Assembly (NCBI GenBank): GCA_052148475.1
Contig: JBKQID010000065.1
Span: forward strand, 10,246-74,245
Source: Candidatus Sulfotelmatobacter sp.
Lineage (GTDB): Bacteria; Acidobacteriota; Terriglobia; Terriglobales; Acidobacteriaceae
DNA length: 64,000 bases
Reading direction: 5' to 3'
Shown here: positions 36,843 to 45,121 of the stretch, piece after piece
Numbering within the stretch: position 1 is the first letter of the stretch
Layout: each line of letters opens with the position of its first letter
The notes under the pieces: model-generated
What the model was told of the DNA's origin: nothing
What the model saw: only the letters and a program-made list of their open reading frames with translations
Databases searched by the model: none
Program-made: the position numbers and the translations under genes

Positions 36843-37514
36843 CTAGTCGTGGAGAACGACGTTGAGAAGTGAACTGTGAACTTGCAGCCCGCTGCCGCCG
36901 TAATCAAGGAAGCCTAGTTCTCTGAACCGATTCATGAAAAAGCTGACCCGGGAGCGAGTCGTCCCTATCATCTCTGCGAGGGTCTCCTGACTGATCTTGG
37001 GGATCACAGTCTCAGGCACGCCCTCCTTACCGAAGTGAGCCAGTAAAAGCAGAAGGCGAGCCAGCCTCTTTTCGCTGGAATTGAAGAGCTGGTCGACCAA
37101 ATCCTCTTCGTAGCGAATGTTTCGCGCCAGCAGATACGCGACGAATAGATCAGAGAATGTGTGCTCACGGTGAAGCGCCAGCATCATTGCCTTCTTATCA
37201 ATGCGCAGAAGTTCGCAGTCCGTCATTGCGGTTGCAGACCCCATGCGCAAAGATTGTCCAGCCAGGCCACCTTCTCCGAAAAAATCTCCCTCGTTCAATA
37301 TGCCCAGGGTTGCTTCCTTGCCAACCTTTGAAACCACAGTAAGTCGAACCTTGCCGGCCTGGATATAGAAGACCGCGTCAGCCGCGTCGCCCTGTGCGAA
37401 GATGGTTTGTTTCTGAGGAACAGCCACAGTCTTCCTACCCTCACCGATGGTGGCAAGGAATTTCTTCGGGTCGAAATCGCGATTGTTCCTGACCAAAGTG
37501 TTGGGTGCCGTCAA
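36843..37514 (-). CDS. Crp/Fnr-family transcriptional regulator
   Basis: The cNMP-binding pattern is IFAQGDAADAVFYIQAGKVRLTVVSKVGKEATLGILNEGDFFGEGGL. The C-terminal HTH is ISQETLAEMIGTTRSRVSFFMNRFRELGFL. There is no N-terminal Cys cluster, so it is not a classical oxygen-sensing Fnr. Confidence 0.9.
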   Translation of the reverse strand: MTAPNTLVRNNRDFDPKKFLATIGEGRKTVAVPQKQTIFAQGDAADAVFYIQAGKVRLTVVSKVGKEATLGILNEGDFFGEGGLAGQSLRMGSATAMTDCELLRIDKKAMMLALHREHTFSDLFVAYLLARNIRYEEDLVDQLFNSSEKRLARLLLLLAHFGKEGVPETVIPKISQETLAEMIGTTRSRVSFFMNRFRELGFLDYGGSGLQVHSSLLNVVLHD

Positions 37515-37697
37515 GGGACTTCTCCCGGCGTAGGGCTACACCTTCCACAGATTGTGCCACAACGGGAATCAGGAAGATGTCCAGTTTTGCTCACAAGTCG
37601 GACAAACTGGGGAGCACTCAAAATGATACTGTCGAGTGCCTAAAACGTTAAGAATGAGCAGTATTGAACATTTCCACGGCCAGGAACGAGGCATTAT

Positions 37698-37877
37698 ATG
37701 GGGATGAAGACCAAAGAACTCACCCCGAAACAGATATTGTCTGTGCCTTGTACGACATGTGGTGCGGCGGTCGGGGAAGCTTGTGAGCTGCATACCGGAG
37801 CCCCACGCACGGAGCCACACCGAGACCGGAAACTCTCCGCCGCCGAGGCTGTGGATGCGAGACTTGGGAAACGGTAA
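37698..37877 (+). CDS. Small (59 aa) zinc-ribbon protein, below the ORF-track cutoff
   Basis: ATG 37698 has GAGG 6 nt upstream. The peptide is MGMKTKELTPKQILSVPCTTCGAAVGEACELHTGAPRTEPHRDRKLSAAEAVDARLGKR, and the stop is 37875..37877. It carries a C-x2-C-G-A-x2-G-E-x-C ... P-H-x2-R pattern that I associate with small phage- or plasmid-type zinc-finger DNA-binding proteins. Confidence 0.45.
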   Translation: MGMKTKELTPKQILSVPCTTCGAAVGEACELHTGAPRTEPHRDRKLSAAEAVDARLGKR

Positions 37878-38041
37878 CGGCCGGCGGATCTCATCGGGTC
37901 CTTCAGCAGGTCGACGATTTCCTGTCGGCAGAAACGAACTCGCGGATAAAGCCGCCCCTCCGGCGCAGGCGGCCAGTAGCTCAAGCGCAACGGCCGAGAT
38001 CGTCCCGGGCAAAATTCTTGGGATCAGTTTTTCTGAAAAGG

Positions 38042-39028
38042 CTAATCGTGGGTCTTCTGCTGGCCCGCAATCTCTTCCTGCTGATCTTCCGTTTCTTGCC
38101 AGCTGGAATTGGGGTTGTATTCTTTCATCGTTCCGGCGACAACGTTAGTCTTCGGGCCAAGATCTTTCTCGTAGACGACTCCATCCGGGCCAACCATAAA
38201 TGTCTTTACCCCTGAAGATCTGTATTCCGCTGGATAGGCCACAAACGCGAAGCCACCGGTCAATTTGCCATTGACCAGGTAACTCCTGGAGCCGCCCGGG
38301 CCATTTTTTCCCTGGCGGATCACGATGCGGTAGTAGTAACCGAGGTAGGGAGTTGGAGCGCCGTCTTGATTCTTGGTGTAGCCCTCGGCTACAGCCGCGG
38401 CGACGAGTGGGCCGATGGGGCTCTGGGGTTCGCCGTCCGCAGCTTTCCAGTACAGGCCATTGTGCTGTCCTGGATCACTGAAGATTTCGCGGGCGTACTC
38501 GTCGCTGTGCGTGGAACGGAATTCCTTTTGTGCCGCCACCAGCTCCTGGCATACGCGGATGGCCGACAACTCATTGCGGCCAATTCGCCGGTACAAAATT
38601 TCCTGCTTTCCGGCTTCGGTGTCGAAAAACCACGCGCCGCCTTTATCCACGAGCGGTATGGGAGTGGGCCAATTTCTCGCGCCGATGTACAGAACCGTGG
38701 TTCCGTCCGGTTCTTTCACCAGACGGTGCATTTCCCCATACTTCTCCACGAAGTTGGCGCGGCTCTGTGCGTCCTCGGCATCGTCACCCGACGAGACGAT
38801 TTGCTTTCCGTCGGGACCGAGAATATCGAGCATCGCTTTTTCGTCGTTGCTCTGGGTGGCCGCAACGAGGGCGCTGCTGGCATCTTCGGGCGAGGAAAAA
38901 GTCTTCTGGCCGGGCTGCTGGGCCAGGGATGTCGTGAGGAAGCATCCGGTCAAGAGAATGGCGATTGCGGCTAGTCTAAGAAAAGTCGCGCAATAGAGTT
39001 TGTCGAAGGTCAGGATGATTCGCGGCAT
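38042..39028 (-). CDS. DUF2950-family secreted protein
   Basis: The signal or anchor is ATFLRLAAIAILLTGCFLTTSLAQQ. The region GGFAFVAYPAEYRSSGVKTFMVGPDGVVYEKDLG fits my recollection of the DUF2950 family signature. Confidence 0.75.
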   Translation of the reverse strand: MPRIILTFDKLYCATFLRLAAIAILLTGCFLTTSLAQQPGQKTFSSPEDASSALVAATQSNDEKAMLDILGPDGKQIVSSGDDAEDAQSRANFVEKYGEMHRLVKEPDGTTVLYIGARNWPTPIPLVDKGGAWFFDTEAGKQEILYRRIGRNELSAIRVCQELVAAQKEFRSTHSDEYAREIFSDPGQHNGLYWKAADGEPQSPIGPLVAAAVAEGYTKNQDGAPTPYLGYYYRIVIRQGKNGPGGSRSYLVNGKLTGGFAFVAYPAEYRSSGVKTFMVGPDGVVYEKDLGPKTNVVAGTMKEYNPNSSWQETEDQQEEIAGQQKTHD

Positions 39029-39082
39029 ATGGTCTCTCCAATTCAGACTGTTGCAAGCTCAGGAACGTAACAAGAACTTCGA

Positions 39083-40339
39083 TTACCGGTGCCCGCCACC
39101 GCCATGCGCACCGCCGCCGGCGTGCGCACCTCCGCCACCACCGCGAGATCCTCCGCTGGCATGCGCCGCGCCCATGCTGGCGCTGCCGCGGGAGGAGTAG
39201 TTCCGAGCCTGTCCACCGTGAGAATAGCCGCTGAATGCGCCGGAGCGGACGCCGCTTTGACCGCGGGGTGCGGCGTATCCTCGCGCAGCCTTGGAGTTTC
39301 CTTCGAAAGGCCGGGCGGTTGCGCCGGGACGATTGCCAACTCCAGCGCGTGCTCCGAGGTTTCCGTTTGCAGACCGGTTACCGGCATAAGAACGGGCCCC
39401 AACTCCCCCACGCACGCCGTAACCCCCGCGCGCGCTTCCTGCCCGGTAGAAATTGCCGCGGTTATAAAACGTGTTGCTGCGGGAGTAGTATCGGCCGCCG
39501 CCGTACATCGCGTATCGGCCGCCCCAATTGAATCCCCAGTGATTCCAACCCCAACCATAGCCACCGAACCAGCCGATTCCGAAGCCGCCACCCCACGACA
39601 GGTACGGACCGCCAAACCAAATTCCGGGATACGGATACCATCCCGGCCAGGCATTGATTGGCTCCCCGTAAGCCAGCCACGGATCATAGGCGGGGACGTA
39701 GACCGTCTGCGGATCGGAAGGCTGAACCGAAATCGTCGAGTCTTGCGTGGTCACGATCTGCTGCGGCGTGGTCTTGAGATCGCCTGCCGCTTGGGCGCGC
39801 CGGCGCATGACCTGCACGGCATCCATAACGTCCGCTTGCTGATTGAAATAGGCATCGCCGAGGGATGACGCCCACGAGAGGTTCTTGTCCATGTTTCCGA
39901 GAACGGAGGGAAACGCAGTGAGTGCCTTCACGCTGGGGTCCCATGGTTGCTGGTCGACGGCCTGACCCAGGGCATCGCCCTTCAAGTCGGGATTCGCCTG
40001 CACCCAGCGGTCGGCCTCGACGACTTGCTCGGGAAACGTGGCGGCCGCCAAGATTTGCGCCACCAACGAATCCGGATACAGAGCGATCGGCGCGACCAGT
40101 CGCTGCAACTCCTCGGGACTCTGTTGTGCATAGGGCGGGGCCGACCCTGTCTGCGACTGGTCGTCTTGAGGTTGCTGCTGTGGAGCCTGCTGATCTTGCT
40201 GGGCAGTCAGCGTCCGCGGCCAAACTGCGAGCAGCAGAACCGAACAGAACATTGGAATAAAACTCCACCTGCCTAAGCGGCGGCTTGCTACACCTGCGGC
40301 ACGTCCGACGATTTTCATGACCTTGAATTCCTTCCACAC
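39083..40339 (-). CDS. DUF3300-family secreted protein with a long aromatic-Gly/Arg-Gly low-complexity tail
   Basis: A signal peptide is present. ELQRLVAPIALYPDSLVAQILAAATFPEQVVEADRW fits the DUF3300 signature. Residues from about 231 to 418 are low complexity. Confidence 0.8.
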   Translation of the reverse strand: MWKEFKVMKIVGRAAGVASRRLGRWSFIPMFCSVLLLAVWPRTLTAQQDQQAPQQQPQDDQSQTGSAPPYAQQSPEELQRLVAPIALYPDSLVAQILAAATFPEQVVEADRWVQANPDLKGDALGQAVDQQPWDPSVKALTAFPSVLGNMDKNLSWASSLGDAYFNQQADVMDAVQVMRRRAQAAGDLKTTPQQIVTTQDSTISVQPSDPQTVYVPAYDPWLAYGEPINAWPGWYPYPGIWFGGPYLSWGGGFGIGWFGGYGWGWNHWGFNWGGRYAMYGGGRYYSRSNTFYNRGNFYRAGSARGGYGVRGGVGARSYAGNRSANGNLGARAGVGNRPGATARPFEGNSKAARGYAAPRGQSGVRSGAFSGYSHGGQARNYSSRGSASMGAAHASGGSRGGGGGAHAGGGAHGGGGHR

Positions 40340-40434
40340 TTATTAGCTACTTGAATGCAATCCCAGCAGACTCGTTTCCAGCGACGCTCCGGTCACACAA
40401 ACTAGTCTCAGGCATCCAGCCCGCTATCGGCTGA

Positions 40435-40740
40435 TCAATTCTGCTCAGTATCACGAACGAGGGCGCTCGCCAACGAGTGAGCGCCAGGAGGTGCATTGAA
40501 GTTCAATGGCGCATTGCTGGCCAGTTGTGCTGGCGAGGGGAGCTGCGAAGTGTCGCAATCTCCGCAGAGCGCTTCGATCAACCCTGTACTGGCCCTCATC
40601 TGCTGAATTCGAAGATTGACCGCAGTTTCCTGGTTGGACAGCAATGAAGTTTGCGCGGTAATCACATTCAGATACGGATCGATTCCCGGTCTGTATCGAT
40701 CCGTGGCCAGTGCTAGAGGGGAAGACGCGGCTGGATGCAC
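40435..40740 (-). pseudogene. Relic of the C-terminal approx. 90 aa of an outer-membrane efflux factor (NodT/OprM type)
   Basis: ATDRYRPGIDPYLNVITAQTSLLSNQETAVNLRIQQMRASTGLIEALCGDC matches the terminal helices of OMF proteins (...Y..G...YL.V..AQ..L......L..........L..ALGGGW). The hallmark GGGW reads CGDC here. The N-terminal 380 aa or so are missing. The fragment starts 18 nt after the TolC stop. Confidence 0.5.
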
Positions 40741-40758
40741 CCAATTCCCGCGCCCGCT

Positions 40759-42426
40759 CTAGTGGGCCAGGTCCGCGATCTGCACGTGATACGGCTCCAG
40801 CAGTTCGCCGGTCGCGTGATCGAGGCCGGCCACGGCGAGTTGGTAGTTGACCTGGGCCTGGAGCAGGCTCAGCTCAGCGCTTGCCAGTTCGGTTTGCGCT
40901 TCCAGCACGAAGAAGATCGTCTCTGAACCCAAGTCATACTTGCGCTGCTCGGCGGCCATGGTTTTCTTGGCCAGGTCTAACGCCTCTTTTCCGGCGGCAA
41001 TGCTGAGCTTGGCCTGCTCGAGTTGGTGGACGGCGTTGCTCACGTCGAGCTGAACCTGTTCGCGGAGTTGCCGTTCGTTGTACAAGTCACTGCGCCGAGA
41101 CACCAGAGCGTTACCGAGTTCGGCTTGTGCAGCGCGGTTCCGAATGGGCAGCGTCAACGACAATTGCGCACCGTAGGTTGGATAGCTGAAGTTACCCAGC
41201 TGACTCAGTGAGGAAGTCGAGACGGTCTGGTTGGGGCCCGTGAGCTGGGTGCCTCCAAGGCCGTTGCTGGCGTAGATGCCGGTCAAATCAAGTTCAGGCA
41301 ACAGGTGATTGTGAGCGAGACGGATGCTGGTTGCGTCGTTGGCGAGGGCGGCGCGGTTGGCATCAAACTCCGGTCGTTTGGTGAGCGCCTGTTGCAACGC
41401 GGTGGCTGAATCGATGGCGCGTAACTCACCTGCGGGATCGGGCTTTTCTGTGAGTACGAGATCGAGGGCCTGAATATTCGAGTCCAGATCGGCGCCGATG
41501 GTCATGCGGAGCGCATCCTCGGCTTGCTTCAGTGCGTATTCGCTCTGAATGACCTGCACGCGCCGCGAGGCCACTTGCGACTCCGATCGGTAGATGTCGA
41601 GGGGCGGCAACGCACCCAATTCCAACGCGCGTTTATCGCGCTTGTAGGTGGCCTCGGCTGCATCCATGGAACTGCGTGCGACCTCCAGGTTTCCTTGCGC
41701 TTCGACCACCGACCAGTATTGGCCAACGGCCTGCAGAATATTGTTACTCACTGCTGCGGCGAAATTGGCGCGCGATTGCTGCAGGTTGCGGCGCGCGATC
41801 ACCAATGGCGCCTGGTTGGCGAATAGCCAGCCATTCCGCAGAAGCGGCTGCGTGAACTGGAAATTCAGAGTCGAATTGACTGAAGGATCAAAAATGCCAG
41901 TGGAAGTGACACCGGGGTTGTTGAAAGAGTAATGGCTGCTGCTCAGCCCCGCCTGCACGTTGGTGCCGGTCTCGAAAGTCTGAGAGTAGGTGAGCTGAGT
42001 TGACCTGGTGATGCTTTTCGTGGCCAGTTCGACGCCCGTTCCGCCCAGAGTAGTTTGCGGGGGGAACGTCGAATTATTCGTGATGTAAGACCCGGTGACC
42101 GACGGATCGAATGGCGAGTGCGCACCCAGCAGGGCGAATTTCGAAAACTCCACCTGCGTTTCCTGAATCCTCACAAAGCTGTTGTTCTCGAGCGTAAGCA
42201 CGACTGCATCGCGCAGGCTGAGCGTCAGCTTTCCATCCACCACATAAGTGCGGAGGTGCTCGGGTGCCGCGAGTTTGTCGGCGCGGACCTGCGGCGTGGC
42301 CATGTCGCGGTATGCCTCTCCTTTTTGTGACCACGCGGGCGGAGCCAGCAACGCGGTCAGCAAGGTCAAGACGAGGAGCAGCAGCGGACAAGAGGAAGAC
42401 AAGAGCCGCAGGCGAAAACGATTCAT
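40759..42426 (-). CDS. TolC-family outer-membrane efflux protein
   Basis: The signal peptide is LLLLVLTLLTALLAPPAWS. Two OEP-type repeats carry long helical segments, and the protein ends ...AQVNYQLAVAGLDHATGELL. Confidence 0.85.
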   Translation of the reverse strand: MNRFRLRLLSSSCPLLLLVLTLLTALLAPPAWSQKGEAYRDMATPQVRADKLAAPEHLRTYVVDGKLTLSLRDAVVLTLENNSFVRIQETQVEFSKFALLGAHSPFDPSVTGSYITNNSTFPPQTTLGGTGVELATKSITRSTQLTYSQTFETGTNVQAGLSSSHYSFNNPGVTSTGIFDPSVNSTLNFQFTQPLLRNGWLFANQAPLVIARRNLQQSRANFAAAVSNNILQAVGQYWSVVEAQGNLEVARSSMDAAEATYKRDKRALELGALPPLDIYRSESQVASRRVQVIQSEYALKQAEDALRMTIGADLDSNIQALDLVLTEKPDPAGELRAIDSATALQQALTKRPEFDANRAALANDATSIRLAHNHLLPELDLTGIYASNGLGGTQLTGPNQTVSTSSLSQLGNFSYPTYGAQLSLTLPIRNRAAQAELGNALVSRRSDLYNERQLREQVQLDVSNAVHQLEQAKLSIAAGKEALDLAKKTMAAEQRKYDLGSETIFFVLEAQTELASAELSLLQAQVNYQLAVAGLDHATGELLEPYHVQIADLAH

Positions 42427-42481
42427 TCCTCAATTCCTCCCAAAGTGTATTGACTGGTGCGGTGAGGACGCTGGCCGCCGC

Positions 42482-43774
42482 CTACTCCCAACGAATGGCT
42501 TCGACCGGATCCAGACGCGCGGCTTTGACTGCAGGATAAATTCCAAAAACCAGGCCAACCGTAATCGAGACGATGAACGCCAGCAGGATGGAACTCAGCG
42601 TCACAATCGTCGACCATCCGGCTAGCCAGGCGATGAGGCGTGACATCACAAAGCCAAACATGATGCCGAAACTTCCGCCCACAAAGGAAATCAGCGTGGC
42701 TTCCACCACGAACTGGCGAATGATGTCGGACTGTCGAGCGCCCACGGCGCGGCGCACGCCAATCTCGCGGGTGCGTTCCAGAATGCTGGCCAGCATGATG
42801 TTCATGATGCCGATGCCGCCGACCAGCAGGGAAATGGAGGCGATCGCGACCATGACGGTGTTGAACAATCGTTCCGTCCGCTTCTGCTCGGCGAGCAATT
42901 CGGCGGGGACAATCACGCTGAAATCGCCAGCTGAATGATGCGATGAATCCAGAATCGCCCGCACCAGTTGCGCGACCGAGGCCATATCCGCGCTGTCGCG
43001 GATGTTCAGATAGATGCCGTCAATTTCGTCGCGTACTTCGCTGTAGTTATCCTCGAGGCGCAGAATGGCCGAGTTCAGCGGAACGTACATAATGTTGTTG
43101 AGATCCTGGGTGGGCACGCCCGCCACTTCCGTCTGCGAACTGAGTTGCGGCGAGGCCACGCCGATCACGCGGAACCAGGTTTCATTGGCCTTCACGTACT
43201 GGCCAATCGGGTCGGCGGAACCGAACAGGCTCGACCGCGCGGCCGCGCCCAGCACGACAACTGGAGCAGCGCGGGTTTCTTCGTCTTCACTGAAGAACCG
43301 GCCTTGCAGCACGTGGAGGCCTGCAATCTTCAGGTAATCGGGATTGACCCCGTAGACGGTTGGCGGATCCTGCTGCGATTTCGGAATCGTCTTTGAGGGA
43401 GTCAGCCGCTTTCGCGGTGTGCCGGCGGCGATGTCGCTGACATCATCGCGAATGACGCGATAATCCTGAAAAGTGAGTCCCGGGGAAAGTTTGCGAATTT
43501 TCTGATGGGCCTGCCACTCGGTGGTTTCTTTCGCCTCCACAATTAGGTTGTGGACGCCCATCTGCTCAATCAGCGCCATCACTTTCTGCCGCGCACCTGC
43601 GCCGATCGACAGCATCGAGACTACGGCGGCGACACCAAAGATCATCCCGAGCATAGTCAGCAGGGAACGAAGCCGGTGCAGCAACAGATTCTGCAGCCCC
43701 AGTTGCAAGTCGGGAAGCCACTGCTGATAGCCATGCAGCAGTCGTGTGGGAGCGGTGGAAGCGGCAGTCGCCAT
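42482..43774 (-). CDS. MacB/FtsX-type ABC transporter permease with no nucleotide-binding domain
   Basis: TM1 is LRSLLTMLGMIFGVAAVVSML. A periplasmic domain of about 220 aa follows. The C-terminal FtsX module is ERTREIGVRRAVGARQSDIIRQFVVEATLISFVGG. The 430-aa protein has no Walker motifs. Confidence 0.9.
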   Translation of the reverse strand: MATAASTAPTRLLHGYQQWLPDLQLGLQNLLLHRLRSLLTMLGMIFGVAAVVSMLSIGAGARQKVMALIEQMGVHNLIVEAKETTEWQAHQKIRKLSPGLTFQDYRVIRDDVSDIAAGTPRKRLTPSKTIPKSQQDPPTVYGVNPDYLKIAGLHVLQGRFFSEDEETRAAPVVVLGAAARSSLFGSADPIGQYVKANETWFRVIGVASPQLSSQTEVAGVPTQDLNNIMYVPLNSAILRLEDNYSEVRDEIDGIYLNIRDSADMASVAQLVRAILDSSHHSAGDFSVIVPAELLAEQKRTERLFNTVMVAIASISLLVGGIGIMNIMLASILERTREIGVRRAVGARQSDIIRQFVVEATLISFVGGSFGIMFGFVMSRLIAWLAGWSTIVTLSSILLAFIVSITVGLVFGIYPAVKAARLDPVEAIRWE

Positions 43775-45093
43775 TAGAGCGTGCCTCCGGCGGTTGAGGG
43801 CGCGCTGGAATTGGTTGTCTTCCGCGGCGCCGTCGGATCGACGAGCGCGATCTCGGTGCCGGCGCCGATGCCCACGCCGACGGCATCAATGGCGGCGCGG
43901 CTCTCGTTCTCCGCCTGAATCTTCACCTCGTGCGCCTCGAAGTTGTTGCCATTGCGTACGTACACCAGACGCTTGTTCTCTTTCAAGAACAACGCCTGGC
44001 GAGGCACATAGAGCACGTCTTTTCGCGGATCGCTATTGATAAAAAGATGAGCAGTCAGTCCCGGCCGCATGCGCGGGTCGGTGGTGGCGAGCGTGATGGT
44101 GACCTCGAACTTGGTGGTGTTATCGTCCTCCCAGAACATGTGGGTGTTGTTGCCGCCGACGGTTTTGACGGTGCCACGAAACTTAGATTCCGGAAACGCA
44201 TCGATCTGGAAGTCGACCGACTGTCCAACCTTAATATTGTTACCCTCGAGTTCTCCAACCTTGGCCGACAGCTCCAGCCCTTTAGGATCGATCACCTGCC
44301 CAACGGTTCGCCCCGGTTCAACCTGGTCGCCCTCGCGATACTCCGGGAACGTCTGGCCGGGGAAGCAGCAAAATCCTCCCATCGCGGCCTGGTTCTTTTC
44401 CAGCGCAACCAGGCCATCCATGGGAGACGTCACCCGCATTTTGTCGATGTTGCCCTGGGCCTGGTCCATGGCCAGCTTGGCCTTGTTCCGTTTTTCTTCG
44501 GCCAGCGAAATGGTGGCTTGATTCGATGCGCTGCGCGACTTGACGTCTTGCTCCTGTTCGGCGAGCACGCGTTTGGCCTGGTCGAGGGCGAGATCGTTCT
44601 TGCGCGCGTCGATGGAGCTGACCAGTTCGTTTTTCTGCACATCCAACTCGGCGCGTCGCACGTCGAAGCGTGCCTTGAGAAGGGCGACTTTGTCTTGCGC
44701 CGTCACCACTGCCGCGTCAGCCTTCGCCTTGGTAATCTCCTGTTCGGCTTGCAGCAACTCCGAGCGATTTTGCTCGAGCTTGAAATGCTGCTCGCTGGGA
44801 TCGAATTCCATCACCAGGTCTCCCTTCTTGACGGCTGCGCCCGTGTGCAACAGGTGCGTGAGTTGCAGGGCGCCTCCGCCAATCGGCGGTGCAATCATAA
44901 TCTCGGAATGGCTGGCGCGAAGTTCGCCAGTGACGAACACCTTCATGTCGAGATCGCCGCGTTTGACGAAGCCGGTCGGGACCTTGTCGCCCGCGGCAGC
45001 CGGCGAGGCCCGGCGAACAGCGGCCACCACGCCGACGGTGGCGCAAAGCACCACCGCTACCACTGCCCACGTGATTGCACGACGGCTTCTCAT
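43774..45093 (-). CDS. HlyD/MacA-type periplasmic adaptor (MFP), paralog 3
   Basis: An N-terminal TM anchor is present. The lipoyl half is VKKGDLVMEFD. A long coiled-coil hairpin and a beta-barrel follow. A membrane-proximal domain is present (VLYVPRQALFLKENKRLVYV). Its stop overlaps the permease start as TAATG. Confidence 0.85.
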   Translation of the reverse strand: MRSRRAITWAVVAVVLCATVGVVAAVRRASPAAAGDKVPTGFVKRGDLDMKVFVTGELRASHSEIMIAPPIGGGALQLTHLLHTGAAVKKGDLVMEFDPSEQHFKLEQNRSELLQAEQEITKAKADAAVVTAQDKVALLKARFDVRRAELDVQKNELVSSIDARKNDLALDQAKRVLAEQEQDVKSRSASNQATISLAEEKRNKAKLAMDQAQGNIDKMRVTSPMDGLVALEKNQAAMGGFCCFPGQTFPEYREGDQVEPGRTVGQVIDPKGLELSAKVGELEGNNIKVGQSVDFQIDAFPESKFRGTVKTVGGNNTHMFWEDDNTTKFEVTITLATTDPRMRPGLTAHLFINSDPRKDVLYVPRQALFLKENKRLVYVRNGNNFEAHEVKIQAENESRAAIDAVGVGIGAGTEIALVDPTAPRKTTNSSAPSTAGGTL

Positions 45094-45121
45094 TGCATTT
45101 CGTCGACTCCCTGGATTGCGT

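Noticed and set aside
37569-38012. Minus-strand ORFs of 147 aa and 98 aa covering the gap between the Crp regulator and DUF2950.
   Set aside because: They have no motifs, odd composition and no SD sequence. The plus-strand 59-codon zinc-ribbon ORF with a GAGG SD explains the region better.
40759-40761. Programmed TAG read-through joining TolC to the in-frame OMF-like fragment.
   Set aside because: TolC already encodes its own complete terminal helices, so the fragment duplicates them and carries a degraded GGGW motif. The in-frame arrangement has a one-in-three chance of arising by accident.
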